Assembly: GCA_017460745.1 (NCBI GenBank)
Contig: JAFUAL010000052.1
Span: forward strand, 2,749-66,748
Source: Bacilli bacterium
GTDB taxonomy: Bacteria > Bacillota_I > Bacilli_A > RF39 > UBA660
Direction of reading: 5' to 3'
Length of the DNA stretch: 64,000 nucleotides
The notes under the pieces are model-generated. The model saw only the letters and a list, made by a program, of their open reading frames with translations. It did no database searches and was not told the origin of the DNA. Numbering within the stretch: the stretch's first letter is position 1; every line of letters begins with the position of its first letter. Of the stretch, positions 9,665 through 18,431 are shown piece after piece. The translations under genes and the position numbers were made by a program.

Positions 9665-10340
9665 TTATAAAAGAATTATCGCATATTTTATAGATATTAT
9701 TTTAGTTACATCTGTAGCAACAGCTCTTACTTATTTTTTGCCTGAGAATAAAGAATATAATAAAAGCATGAATGAATATACAGCTTTAGTTAGTGATTTT
9801 GCAAATGAAAGCATTGAGCAAGAAGAATTTTTTAATAGAACAACAGATCTTATATATTCTATTAATCGAAATAGTGTAACTGTTACAATTGTTACAACAG
9901 TATTAACAATTTTCTATTTTGTAGTGTTTGCTTATTTTATGAATGGCCAAACACTTGGAAAAAAATTAATGAATATTAAAATAGTATCAAATAATAAGAA
10001 AAAGTTAACTATGAATAATTACTTAATTAGAGGATTAATAATTAATTCAATACTAATGAATATAATTAGTGTTATAATTGTGTTAGGACTTGATAAAACA
10101 TCATATTTAAAAGTGAATGATATGTTAACATATCTATATGGAATCTTCATGGTATTAACGTTTGGAATGATATTATTTAGAGAAGATAGAAGAGGACTTC
10201 ATGATATACTTGCTAGAACTAAAGTTATTAATGCCACAGGTGCAGTAGAAAATGGTCTTGATGGTGAACTTGTTTTGAATGAAGATTCTAAAATAAAAGA
10301 TGCATCTATAATCGGAGAGGAAAAGTTAAAGAAAATGTAG
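9651..10340 (+). CDS. RDD-family membrane protein
   Basis: N-terminal (K)RIIAYFIDIIL, three TM helices, and a C-terminal R..RGLHDILARTKV motif typical of RDD domains. It overlaps the dusB end by 14 nt. Confidence 0.75.
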   Translation: MRPFSYKRIIAYFIDIILVTSVATALTYFLPENKEYNKSMNEYTALVSDFANESIEQEEFFNRTTDLIYSINRNSVTVTIVTTVLTIFYFVVFAYFMNGQTLGKKLMNIKIVSNNKKKLTMNNYLIRGLIINSILMNIISVIIVLGLDKTSYLKVNDMLTYLYGIFMVLTFGMILFREDRRGLHDILARTKVINATGAVENGLDGELVLNEDSKIKDASIIGEEKLKKM

Positions 10341-10366
10341 TTAATCTATATTTTCTTTTCTATATT

Positions 10367-10388
10367 TTATCCACATTTTTGTGGATAA
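10367..10388. promoter_or_regulatory. Palindromic pair of perfect DnaA-box 9-mers (TTATCCACA-N4-TGTGGATAA)
   Basis: Read directly from the sequence. It lies between the RDD gene and prfB and is not followed by a T tract on either strand. Confidence 0.4.
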
Positions 10389-10440
10389 AATAATTTAAAT
10401 AAATTATAAAATATGATATTATTTAGATAAAGGAGATATT

Positions 10441-11545
10441 ATGGAATTAAATGAAATAAAAAATTTGTTATTAGAATATAAAAATAGAGTAGATGAAATA
10501 TGGAGGTTACTTTGACATATCATCTAAAATAGAACGAATTACATCTCTTGAACAAGAAACACAATCTCTTAATTTTTGGAATGATCAAAAAAATGCTACC
10601 ATTGTTATGGATGAACTTAATAATTTAAAAGAAATTGTTCATAATAATAAAGAGTTAAAAGATGAAATAAGTGAATATCTCGATTTAATAGAAATACTTG
10701 AAGTAGAAATGGATTTAGATATTAAAGAGGATATAATAAATAAACTAAGTGATATAAAAACTAAACTATCTAGTTTAGAATTATATACTCTTTTAGGAAA
10801 TGAATATGATAAAAATAATTGTATTTTAGAACTTCATGCAGGAGCAGGTGGAACAGAGGCCTGTGATTGGACTAATATGCTTTATAGAATGTACTTGAGA
10901 TATTTAGAGCGTCATCATTTTAAAGTAGAACTTATCTCTTATTTAGAAGGAGAAGATACAGGAATTAAAAGTGTTTCTATGAAAGTAATAGGTGAATTTG
11001 CTTATGGATATTTAAAAGGTGAAAAAGGAGTTCATAGATTAGTAAGACTTTCTCCATTTGATGCTAATAATAAACGTCATACTAGTTTTGCATCAGTTGA
11101 TGTAATACCTGAATTTAAGGAAATAGAAGATATTAAAATAGAAGAAAAAGATTTAAAAATTGATGTTTATAGAGCAAGTGGTGCAGGAGGTCAACATATT
11201 AATAGAACAGAAAGTGCCGTTCGAATAACGCATCTTCCAACTAAAATAGTTGTATCTTGTCAAAACGAAAGAAGTCAGATTCAAAATAGAGAAGAAGCAA
11301 TGAGAGTTTTAAAAAGTAAATTAAAAATACTTGAAATAGAACGTCAAAATCAAAAATTAAATGAAGTTAAAGGAACTAATTTAAATATTGAATTTGGAAG
11401 TCAGATTAGAAGTTATGTAATGCATCCTTATAGTTTAGTAAAAGACCATCGAACAAATTATGAAACAAGTAATGTTTTAAAAGTATTAGATGGTGAGATA
11501 GATGAATTTATAGAAAGTTTTCTAAAATTAAATACAAAGAAGTAG
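10441..11545 (+). CDS. prfB: peptide chain release factor 2, expressed through a programmed +1 frameshift (join 10441..10512, 10514..11545)
   Basis: Frame 0 from ATG 10441 ends at TGA 10513-10515. The +1 frame carries the RF2 motifs SPF (RLSPFDANNKRHTSFASV) and GGQ (SGAGGQHINRTESAVR). Confidence 0.95.
10502..10516 (+). other. prfB autoregulatory +1 frameshift site
   Basis: Internal SD GGAGG (10502-10506) lies 3 nt upstream of CTT TGA C (10510-10516). Confidence 0.9.
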
Positions 11546-11562
11546 TAATACTTCTTTTTTTG
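11536..11562 (+). terminator. Rho-independent terminator of prfB
   Basis: A 9-bp stem AAAGAAGTA / TACTTCTTT with loop GTAA, followed by a T run. Confidence 0.75.
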
Positions 11563-11573
11563 AGGTGAATTAT

Positions 11574-12143
11574 ATGAAATATAAAGATTATCTATATTTA
11601 TTAATATTATTATTTCTAGCATCAATTAATTTTAATTTATTTGTGAAACCAAATAATTTAGTATGTGGAGGAAGTATAGGACTTGCAATTATTATTAATA
11701 AATTAACCAGTATTGAGCATTCTGTTATTATTTTAATTATAAATATTATTATGTTTCTACTTAGTATAATTTTTCTGAATAAAAAAATAACGTTAGGTTC
11801 TTTAATAGCAACCATTGTTTATCCTGTATTTGTAAAAATAACAAGTAATTTTGTTATTTCAAGTAATATAGTATTAAGTATTATAATTGTTGGTATATTT
11901 TCTGGAATAACTAATGGACTTATTTATAAACTTGGTTTTACAACGGGTGGTATTAATTTAATTGGTCCAATATTTAGTAAATATTTTAATATTAAAATTG
12001 GAACGATTAATTTGTTTATAAATCTCATTATAATGCTATTAAATTTAATTATTTTTGGAATAAATAATTTAATATATTCTGTTATTATCATTATTTTAAA
12101 TAGCATTGTAATTAACTTAATATTGTATAAAAAAACAATTTAA
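11574..12143 (+). CDS. YitT-like multi-pass membrane protein (no C-terminal DUF2179 part)
   Basis: Five to six hydrophobic helices with glycine motifs (CGGSIGLAII, TTGGINLIG). RBS GAGGTGA precedes ATG 11574. Confidence 0.5.
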   Translation: MKYKDYLYLLILLFLASINFNLFVKPNNLVCGGSIGLAIIINKLTSIEHSVIILIINIIMFLLSIIFLNKKITLGSLIATIVYPVFVKITSNFVISSNIVLSIIIVGIFSGITNGLIYKLGFTTGGINLIGPIFSKYFNIKIGTINLFINLIIMLLNLIIFGINNLIYSVIIIILNSIVINLILYKKTI

Positions 12144-12192
12144 ATTTAAAAATATATATGATATAATATTGTAGATTTTTAGAGGTGTTTTT

Positions 12193-15000
12193 ATGGATAA
12201 AATAATAATAAAAGGTGCAAGAGAAAATAATTTAAAAAATATAGATTTAGAGCTTCCTAAGAATAAATTAATTGTCATGACAGGATTATCTGGAAGTGGA
12301 AAGAGTAGTTTAGCATTTGATACTATATATGCTGAAGGTGAAAGAAGATATGTTGAGAGTTTATCTGCTTATGCTAGACAATTTTTAGGTGGTTCAGAAA
12401 AACCTGATGTGGATAGTATTGAGGGATTATCACCTAGTATTTCTATAGACCAAAAAACAACAAGTAAAAATCCTCGTTCAACAGTTGGTACTGTTACTGA
12501 AATATATGATTATTTAAGACTAATGTTTGCTCGAATTGGAGTGCCATATTGTCCAAATCATCATATTCCAATTACTTCTCAATCAGTTGATGAAATTGTT
12601 GATAAAATAGAGGAAATGGGGGAAGGTACTAAATTAATTATTTTAGCACCTGTTGTTGACTCTGAAAAAGGAACTCATAAAGATACTCTTGATAAATTAA
12701 GACGTGAGGGATATGTTAGAGTTCGTGTAAATGATGAGTTTATTGATTTATCAGAAGAAATTAATTTAGATAAAAATACTAAAGATAAAATAGATGTAGT
12801 AATCGATAGAATAGTTTTAAAAGAAGGCATTAGAACACGATTATTTGAATCAATTGAAAGTGCAACTAATATGTCTTCCGGTAAAGTATTAGTGAATGTA
12901 GTAGGTGGAGAAGAAATATTATTTTCGACAACCTATGCTTGTCCATATTGTAATTATTCTATTGCCAAACCAGAACCAAGAATGTTTAGCTTCAATGCCC
13001 CATATGGAGCTTGTCCTACTTGTAAAGGATTAGGTGTTAAATTAAAAATAGATGAAGATTTAGTAATAAATGATGAGTTACCAATAAGCAATAAAGCAAT
13101 CAAAACTTTAAATGATGATCAAGAATCGATAGAATATAAAAGACTAAAAGCTGTATGCGACCATTATAAAATAGATATGGATAAACCATTTAACAAGTTA
13201 ACTAAAAAAGAACGTAATATTATTTTGTATGGAAGTCCTGATATTTTAACTTTTAATATTACTAGCAGAAGTGGAAATGTTACAAAGAACAAAGATTATT
13301 TTGAAGGTGTTATTAATAACTTAGAAAGACGATACATGGAAACATCAAGTGAATGGATTAGAGACTGGTTAGAACAATATATGATAGAACTTCCATGTGA
13401 TGAATGTCATGGTGCAAGATTATCTGATTCAGTTTTAAATATTTTAATAAATAAGAAAAATATTTATGAAGTAACTTGTATGTCAGTTAAAGAACTTATT
13501 ATCTGGTTTGGTAATTTGAAATTAACAGAAGAAGAACAGAAAATATCAGAACTTGTTGTTAAAGAAATTGAAAATAGACTTAATTTCTTAAAGAATGTTG
13601 GACTTGAGTATTTAACTTTATCTCGAATGGCCGGAACTTTATCTGGAGGTGAGGCTCAAAGAATTAGACTTGCAACTCAAATTGGTTCAAGACTAACAGG
13701 TGTTTTATATGTTTTAGATGAACCAAGTATTGGACTTCATCAAAAGGATAATGAAAAATTAATTCAGTCTCTTCTTGATATGCGTGATTTAGGAAATACT
13801 TTAATAGTTGTTGAGCATGATACAGATACTATGCTTGCCAGTGACTTCTTAGTTGATATTGGACCAGGTGCAGGTGACTCTGGAGGATACGTGGTTGCAG
13901 CTGGAACTCCAACTGAAGTCATGCAAAACGAAAATAGTATTACAGGACGTTTTTTAAGTGGTAAAGAATGTATTGAGGTGCCTAAAACAAGAAGGAAAGG
14001 CAATGGCAAAAAGATAGAAATTAAAGGAGCAAGTGAAAATAATCTTAAAAATATAGATGTTAAGATTCCACTTGGAACATTTACCTGTGTAACTGGTGTA
14101 TCAGGAAGCGGAAAAAGTAGTTTAGTTATGCAAATTTTAAGCCTTGCATGTATGCAAAAAATATATAAATCAAAGGTAAAACCTGGTAAATATAAAAAGA
14201 TACTTGGTCTTGATAATTTAGATAAAGTTGTCATAATAACTCAAAATCCAATTGGAAGAACTCCAAGAAGTAATCCAGCAACTTATGTTGGAGTATTTGA
14301 TGATATAAGAGATGTATTTGCCAATACCAAAGACGCTAAAATGCTTGGATATGGTAAAAATAGATTTTCATTTAATGTTAAAGGTGGAAGATGTGAAGCT
14401 TGTTGGGGGGATGGAGTTAAAAAGATTGAAATGCATTTCTTACCTGATGTATATGTTCCTTGTGAGGTATGTCATGGTTCTCGTTATAACTCTGAAACTT
14501 TATCAATTAAATATAAGGATAAAACAATTGCAGATGTTTTAGATATGCGAGTAACCGAAGCCTTAACATTTTTTGAAAACCATCCTAAAATTAAAAATAA
14601 ACTTCAGGTAATGGAAGATGTAGGACTTGGATATGTTAAACTTGGTCAAAGTGCTACAACCTTGTCAGGTGGAGAAGCAGGTCGTGTAAAACTTTCTAAA
14701 GAATTACAGAAAAAAGCAACAGGTAAAACTTTGTTTATTCTAGATGAACCAACAACCGGTCTTCATAGTGCAGATATTAGAAAACTACTTACCATATTAC
14801 AAAGAATAGTTGATAATGGAGATACAGTTTTAGTTATTGAACATAATTTAGATGTCATTAAATGTGCTGATTATATAATAGATTTAGGCCCAGATGGAGG
14901 AGACAACGGGGGAACAATTGTTGCATCTGGAACTCCAGAAGAAGTTGCTAAAATAGAAGGAAGTTATACAGGAGAATTCTTAAATAAAATATTTAACTAG
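12193..15000 (+). CDS. uvrA: excinuclease ABC subunit A
   Basis: Two ABC modules (TGLSGSGKSSLAFDT and TGVSGSGKSSLV; LSGGEAQRIRLA and LSGGEAGRVKLS) with CxxC zinc modules. Length is 935 aa. Confidence 0.98.
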   Translation: MDKIIIKGARENNLKNIDLELPKNKLIVMTGLSGSGKSSLAFDTIYAEGERRYVESLSAYARQFLGGSEKPDVDSIEGLSPSISIDQKTTSKNPRSTVGTVTEIYDYLRLMFARIGVPYCPNHHIPITSQSVDEIVDKIEEMGEGTKLIILAPVVDSEKGTHKDTLDKLRREGYVRVRVNDEFIDLSEEINLDKNTKDKIDVVIDRIVLKEGIRTRLFESIESATNMSSGKVLVNVVGGEEILFSTTYACPYCNYSIAKPEPRMFSFNAPYGACPTCKGLGVKLKIDEDLVINDELPISNKAIKTLNDDQESIEYKRLKAVCDHYKIDMDKPFNKLTKKERNIILYGSPDILTFNITSRSGNVTKNKDYFEGVINNLERRYMETSSEWIRDWLEQYMIELPCDECHGARLSDSVLNILINKKNIYEVTCMSVKELIIWFGNLKLTEEEQKISELVVKEIENRLNFLKNVGLEYLTLSRMAGTLSGGEAQRIRLATQIGSRLTGVLYVLDEPSIGLHQKDNEKLIQSLLDMRDLGNTLIVVEHDTDTMLASDFLVDIGPGAGDSGGYVVAAGTPTEVMQNENSITGRFLSGKECIEVPKTRRKGNGKKIEIKGASENNLKNIDVKIPLGTFTCVTGVSGSGKSSLVMQILSLACMQKIYKSKVKPGKYKKILGLDNLDKVVIITQNPIGRTPRSNPATYVGVFDDIRDVFANTKDAKMLGYGKNRFSFNVKGGRCEACWGDGVKKIEMHFLPDVYVPCEVCHGSRYNSETLSIKYKDKTIADVLDMRVTEALTFFENHPKIKNKLQVMEDVGLGYVKLGQSATTLSGGEAGRVKLSKELQKKATGKTLFILDEPTTGLHSADIRKLLTILQRIVDNGDTVLVIEHNLDVIKCADYIIDLGPDGGDNGGTIVASGTPEEVAKIEGSYTGEFLNKIFN

Positions 15001-15024
15001 TAATTGAAAAGTTACTAGTTTTTT
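14995..15024 (+). terminator. Rho-independent terminator of uvrA (copy 1 of a duplicated terminator)
   Basis: AACTAGTAA / TTACTAGTT 9-bp stem with an 8-nt loop and a T6 tail. It is near-identical to 16425-16454. Confidence 0.8.
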
Positions 15025-15053
15025 GATATGATAAATCCATAGTAGAGGTAAAT

Positions 15054-15911
15054 ATGAAAAAGATAAATAATAGAGTGTTATTTGTAATCGTTAGCTTATT
15101 TTTAGTTTTATTTGTAGGATTAAAAGTTTATGAGGTAAAAGCCGATAGTGGATTTGATTCCAGTTGGGATTCCGGTGATTCATGGGACTCTGGTTCATCG
15201 TGGGATTCAGGCTCTAGTTGGAGTAGTGATTATGGTGGTTCTAGTAACGGAAGCATATCAGGCATTTTTATATTTATAGATATTATTTTTATAATAATAA
15301 TATTTGTTACAACAATTTTTGAAATAATTTATTCTTCTTTAAAAAATAAAGAAAGTAATAGTTATAGTAATTTATCAAATGCTGATATACTGCAATTATT
15401 ACCAAATTTAGATATAAATAATTTTTATAATGAAACGTTTAATATATATAAAGAAGTTCAAATAGCTTGGATGGATAATGATATAGAAAGAGTAAGAAGT
15501 ATATTAAGTGATGAGATGTTTAATACTTATAAAATGCAACTTGAAACATTAAAAGTTAAGAATCAAAAAAATATGATGGAAGATATAAAATTAGTAGATG
15601 TTTATATAACAGGTATTAGAAAACAAGATAATAAAGAAATAATAGATGTTATAATGAAAGTAACTTGTCGCGATTATTTAATTGATATGAGTAATAATAA
15701 AGTACTTCGAGGAAATAAAAATAAAGTATGGAACTATGAATATAAATTGTCATATATGAGAAGTACAGATAATCAAATTAATTATTGTCCTAATTGTGGA
15801 GCTAAATTAAATGATGGAAGTAGTGTTAAATGTGAGTTCTGTGATTCTATTATTAACAGAGATAGTGATAAATTTGTCCTTGTTGATAAAAAGATGTTAA
15901 ATCAAAGATAG
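15054..15911 (+). CDS. membrane protein with Ser/Trp/Asp repeats, a Tim44-like domain and a C-terminal zinc ribbon
   Basis: Signal/TM segment, then SWDSG-type repeats, a second TM, a domain resembling bacterial Tim44-like proteins, and CPNCGAKLNDGSSVKCEFCDS at the C-terminus. Confidence 0.6.
   Translation: MKKINNRVLFVIVSLFLVLFVGLKVYEVKADSGFDSSWDSGDSWDSGSSWDSGSSWSSDYGGSSNGSISGIFIFIDIIFIIIIFVTTIFEIIYSSLKNKESNSYSNLSNADILQLLPNLDINNFYNETFNIYKEVQIAWMDNDIERVRSILSDEMFNTYKMQLETLKVKNQKNMMEDIKLVDVYITGIRKQDNKEIIDVIMKVTCRDYLIDMSNNKVLRGNKNKVWNYEYKLSYMRSTDNQINYCPNCGAKLNDGSSVKCEFCDSIINRDSDKFVLVDKKMLNQR
15144..15224 (+). repeat. In-frame imperfect tandem repeat encoding (D/S)SWDSG units
   Basis: DSGFDSSWDSGDSWDSGSSWDSGSSWSS is read in the translation. 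It is a coding low-complexity repeat, not an array. Confidence 0.7.
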
Positions 15912-15919
15912 GAGTTAGA

Positions 15920-16417
15920 ATGAGTGATAATGAATTAATTAGTAAATTCTCAAATATTTATATAATGCTTTTATATTCTATTATGACAAATGATATAGAT
16001 AGAGTAAAACATTTTTTAAGTAATGAATTATATTTAAAATATAAAAGTATTGTGGAAAATCATATTAAAAATCATGAAACACAGATGTATGATGAATTAA
16101 ATGTTTATAAAATAAATATTGAGAGTATTGAAGTAATAGATAATAAAGAAGTAGTAACAGTTAGATTAATATCTAGATATATGGACTATATTATGGATAA
16201 TGAAACTAAGAAAATTAAAAGTGGAGTTAATACTCATCGAATAGAAAAAACAAATATTTTAACCTTTGAAAAAAATGTAGGTGAAGTAAATAAAAAAGTA
16301 ATTCATACTTGTCCAAACTGTGGAGCAAATTTAGATATTAACTATAATGGAATATGTTCATATTGTAATCAAAGTGTTGATTTAAAAGAAGATTATATTT
16401 TAGTTGATATTAATTAA
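15920..16417 (+). CDS. cytoplasmic Tim44-like domain protein with a C-terminal zinc ribbon (paralogue of the upstream gene)
   Basis: It has the same domain order as 15054-15911 but lacks the N-terminal membrane part. The C-terminus is CPNCGANLDINYNGICSYCNQ followed by YILVD. Confidence 0.55.
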   Translation: MSDNELISKFSNIYIMLLYSIMTNDIDRVKHFLSNELYLKYKSIVENHIKNHETQMYDELNVYKINIESIEVIDNKEVVTVRLISRYMDYIMDNETKKIKSGVNTHRIEKTNILTFEKNVGEVNKKVIHTCPNCGANLDINYNGICSYCNQSVDLKEDYILVDIN

Positions 16418-16424
16418 TATTTTT

Positions 16425-16454
16425 AACTAGTAATTGAAATGTTACTAGTTTTTT
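16425..16454 (+). terminator. Rho-independent terminator (copy 2 of the duplicated terminator)
   Basis: AACTAGTAATTGAAATGTTACTAGTTTTTT has one mismatch in the loop relative to 14995-15024. Confidence 0.8.
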
Positions 16455-16477
16455 AATATAATATGGTTGGTGATTTA

Positions 16478-17278
16478 ATGGAACGAGTAGCACTTGATTT
16501 AGGATTTATACAGATATATTGGTATTCGATTATGATTTTACTTGGTGTAATAGGTGGGGGAAGTCTTGCTTACTTTGAGGTTAAACGTTTAAAAATAGAT
16601 AAAGAATATTTTTTTAACATGATTTTTTATGCTATAATCTTTGCATTTATAGGTGCACGAATTTATTATGTATTATTTAATTTAGATTATTATTTAAGTA
16701 ATGTATCTGAAATAATTGCTGTCTGGAATGGAGGACTTGCTATTCATGGAGGTATTATAGGTGGTGCTTTAACTGTTATTATATATTCCTTGAAACATAA
16801 GAAAAAAGTGGATGAAATATTGAAATACTTGGACATATCATCTCTTGGTATATTAGTAGGTCAAATAGTAGGACGTTGGGGTAATTTCTTTAACTCTGAA
16901 GCTCATGGTGGTATAACATCAATTAAATTCTTACAAAGTATACATGTTCCAAATTTTATAATTCAGGGTATGATTATTAACGATGTAGTATATCATCCAA
17001 CTTTTTTATATGAATCAGTTTTAAATTTAATTGGTTTAATTATTTTGCTTATTATTAAGAACAATAAAAAGATAAAAAATGGAATGCTATTATCACTTTA
17101 CTTAATATGGTATTCAGGAGTTCGAATATTTATCGAAAGTATGAGGACAGATAGTTTAATGCTATTTAATTTAAAAATGGCTCAAGTTATTTCAATTATT
17201 TTAATAATAGTTGGTATAATATTGTTTATATATTCTTATAAAAATAATAATTATTATAATAAAAAAGAAAGGAAGTAG
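16478..17278 (+). CDS. lgt: prolipoprotein diacylglyceryl transferase
   Basis: GRWGNFFNSEAHG motif, seven hydrophobic helices, and IHGGIIGG. ATG 16478 is preferred over ATG 16463. Confidence 0.9.
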   Translation: MERVALDLGFIQIYWYSIMILLGVIGGGSLAYFEVKRLKIDKEYFFNMIFYAIIFAFIGARIYYVLFNLDYYLSNVSEIIAVWNGGLAIHGGIIGGALTVIIYSLKHKKKVDEILKYLDISSLGILVGQIVGRWGNFFNSEAHGGITSIKFLQSIHVPNFIIQGMIINDVVYHPTFLYESVLNLIGLIILLIIKNNKKIKNGMLLSLYLIWYSGVRIFIESMRTDSLMLFNLKMAQVISIILIIVGIILFIYSYKNNNYYNKKERK

Positions 17279-17281
17279 TAC

Positions 17282-18208
17282 ATGTCTTTTACCACGAGAA
17301 TAAAAAATGAAATAAGTAATATCTATGAAAATACAAATGCAAATCATTCTGAATTATCTGCTATACTTAGAAATTCATATAATGTAAATGAAAATAATTT
17401 AGAAATAATAACTGAAAATGGTACCGTTTGTAAGCATATATATACACTTTTTAAAGAGTTATATAATATTAACGTTAAAACAGAATTTAAAAATACAAAG
17501 TTTAGTAAAAATAGATTATATAGTATTACTGTACCAGATAAATTAGACTTAATATTAAAAGATTTAGAAGTATTAGATGATGCAAATAATTATAAATTAA
17601 ATCCTAGTTTATTAGAAACAGAAGATGAAAAAAGAGCCTATTTAAAAGGAACATTTTTAGTATCTGGTAGTATTAATGATCCTAAGACTTCAATGTATCA
17701 TTTGGAATTTTCTATTGATTATTTAAGTGAAGCAGAGTATTTATCAAATTTATTAAATGAATTTTTCTTAAATAGCCGAATTACCAAAAGAGATAAAGGT
17801 TATATGGTTTATGTAAAAGAAGCAGAGAAAATAGGGGATTTTCTTCGTATAATAAATGCAAGTATTGCAGTTTTATATTATGAAGATATAAGAATTTATC
17901 GTGATCATAAAAACATGACAAATCGTCTTAATAACTGTGAACAAGCTAATTTTGAAAAGAGTTTAAATTCTGCCTCACATCAAATTGAAGATATTAATTT
18001 AATAAAAGAAAAAATGGGAATTGAGTTAATACCTGAAAAACTAGCAGAGGTAGCAGAATATCGTTTAAAATATCCTGAAAGTACTTTGCAAGAATTAAGT
18101 GAAATCATGACTTTAGAAACTAATAAAATTATTACTAAATCAGGACTTAACCATCGATTTAGAAAACTAAAAGAAATAGCATCTAAATTAAAAGAAGATA
18201 TTGAGTAG
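17282..18208 (+). CDS. whiA: DNA-binding protein WhiA
   Basis: AYLKGTFLVSGSINDP, a degenerate LAGLIDADG-type core, and a C-terminal HTH (TKSGLNHRFRKLKEIA). Confidence 0.9.
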   Translation: MSFTTRIKNEISNIYENTNANHSELSAILRNSYNVNENNLEIITENGTVCKHIYTLFKELYNINVKTEFKNTKFSKNRLYSITVPDKLDLILKDLEVLDDANNYKLNPSLLETEDEKRAYLKGTFLVSGSINDPKTSMYHLEFSIDYLSEAEYLSNLLNEFFLNSRITKRDKGYMVYVKEAEKIGDFLRIINASIAVLYYEDIRIYRDHKNMTNRLNNCEQANFEKSLNSASHQIEDINLIKEKMGIELIPEKLAEVAEYRLKYPESTLQELSEIMTLETNKIITKSGLNHRFRKLKEIASKLKEDIE

Positions 18209-18215
18209 ATATCTT

Positions 18216-18431
18216 CTATTTATTATACTTTTTATTAAGTTCAAGACCTAATAATTCAAGTTTTATCATTATCTTTTTTATATCACTATTGGTCATACCA
18301 ATATTTTTTAATGTTTTTTTATTATAAACCCATAAATCATTAACTTTACAGATATTATTTTCTTCTAAAATAGAACTAATATTTTTATCTAAATTTAAAT
18401 ATGTAATATCTTTATCTAAAAATCTATTCAT
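18216..18431 (-). CDS. stand-alone RNA polymerase alpha C-terminal-domain-like (helix-hairpin-helix) protein
   Basis: ITYLNLDKNISSILEENNICKVNDLWVYNKKTLKNIGMTNSDIKKIMIKLELLGLEL aligns residue by residue with the RpoA CTD pattern I.eLdLsvRs.N.Lk...I.tv.dL......l..i.N.G.kSl.Ei...L...GL.L. Confidence 0.6.
   Translation of the reverse strand: MNRFLDKDITYLNLDKNISSILEENNICKVNDLWVYNKKTLKNIGMTNSDIKKIMIKLELLGLELNKKYNK

Noticed and set aside
10493-11545. ATG 10493 as an independent start for RF2, as given in the ORF track.
   Set aside because: This start would remove the conserved N-terminus and ignore the textbook GGAGG-N3-CTT TGA C frameshift cassette. The gene is better described as 10441..10512 joined to 10514..11545.
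13764-14234. A 156-aa ORF antisense to uvrA. Similar ORFs occur at 2115-2309 and 3441-3647 in ftsH, 31128-31565 in clpB, and 52705-53781 in the clpC-like gene. More occur at 24457-24930 in the kinase gene, 36439-36816 in the kinase-like gene, and 26795-27076.
   Set aside because: All lie entirely inside strongly supported conserved genes on the opposite strand. Their products are Ser/Pro/Leu-rich mirror translations with no RBS or motifs. They are typical shadow ORFs of AT-rich genomes.
14312-14542. Plus-strand alternative-frame ORFs inside uvrA (14312-14542) and inside the M23 gene (42464-42655), and ORFs at 59932-60337 antisense to the M15 peptidase gene.
   Set aside because: These are out-of-frame or antisense overlaps with well-supported genes. 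They have no RBS, and their translations have no motifs.
15144-15224. A short tandem DNA repeat that might have been a CRISPR or VNTR-type array.
   Set aside because: It is in frame inside a CDS and simply encodes SWDSG-type low-complexity repeats. It has no spacer/repeat organisation, and there are no cas genes in the window.
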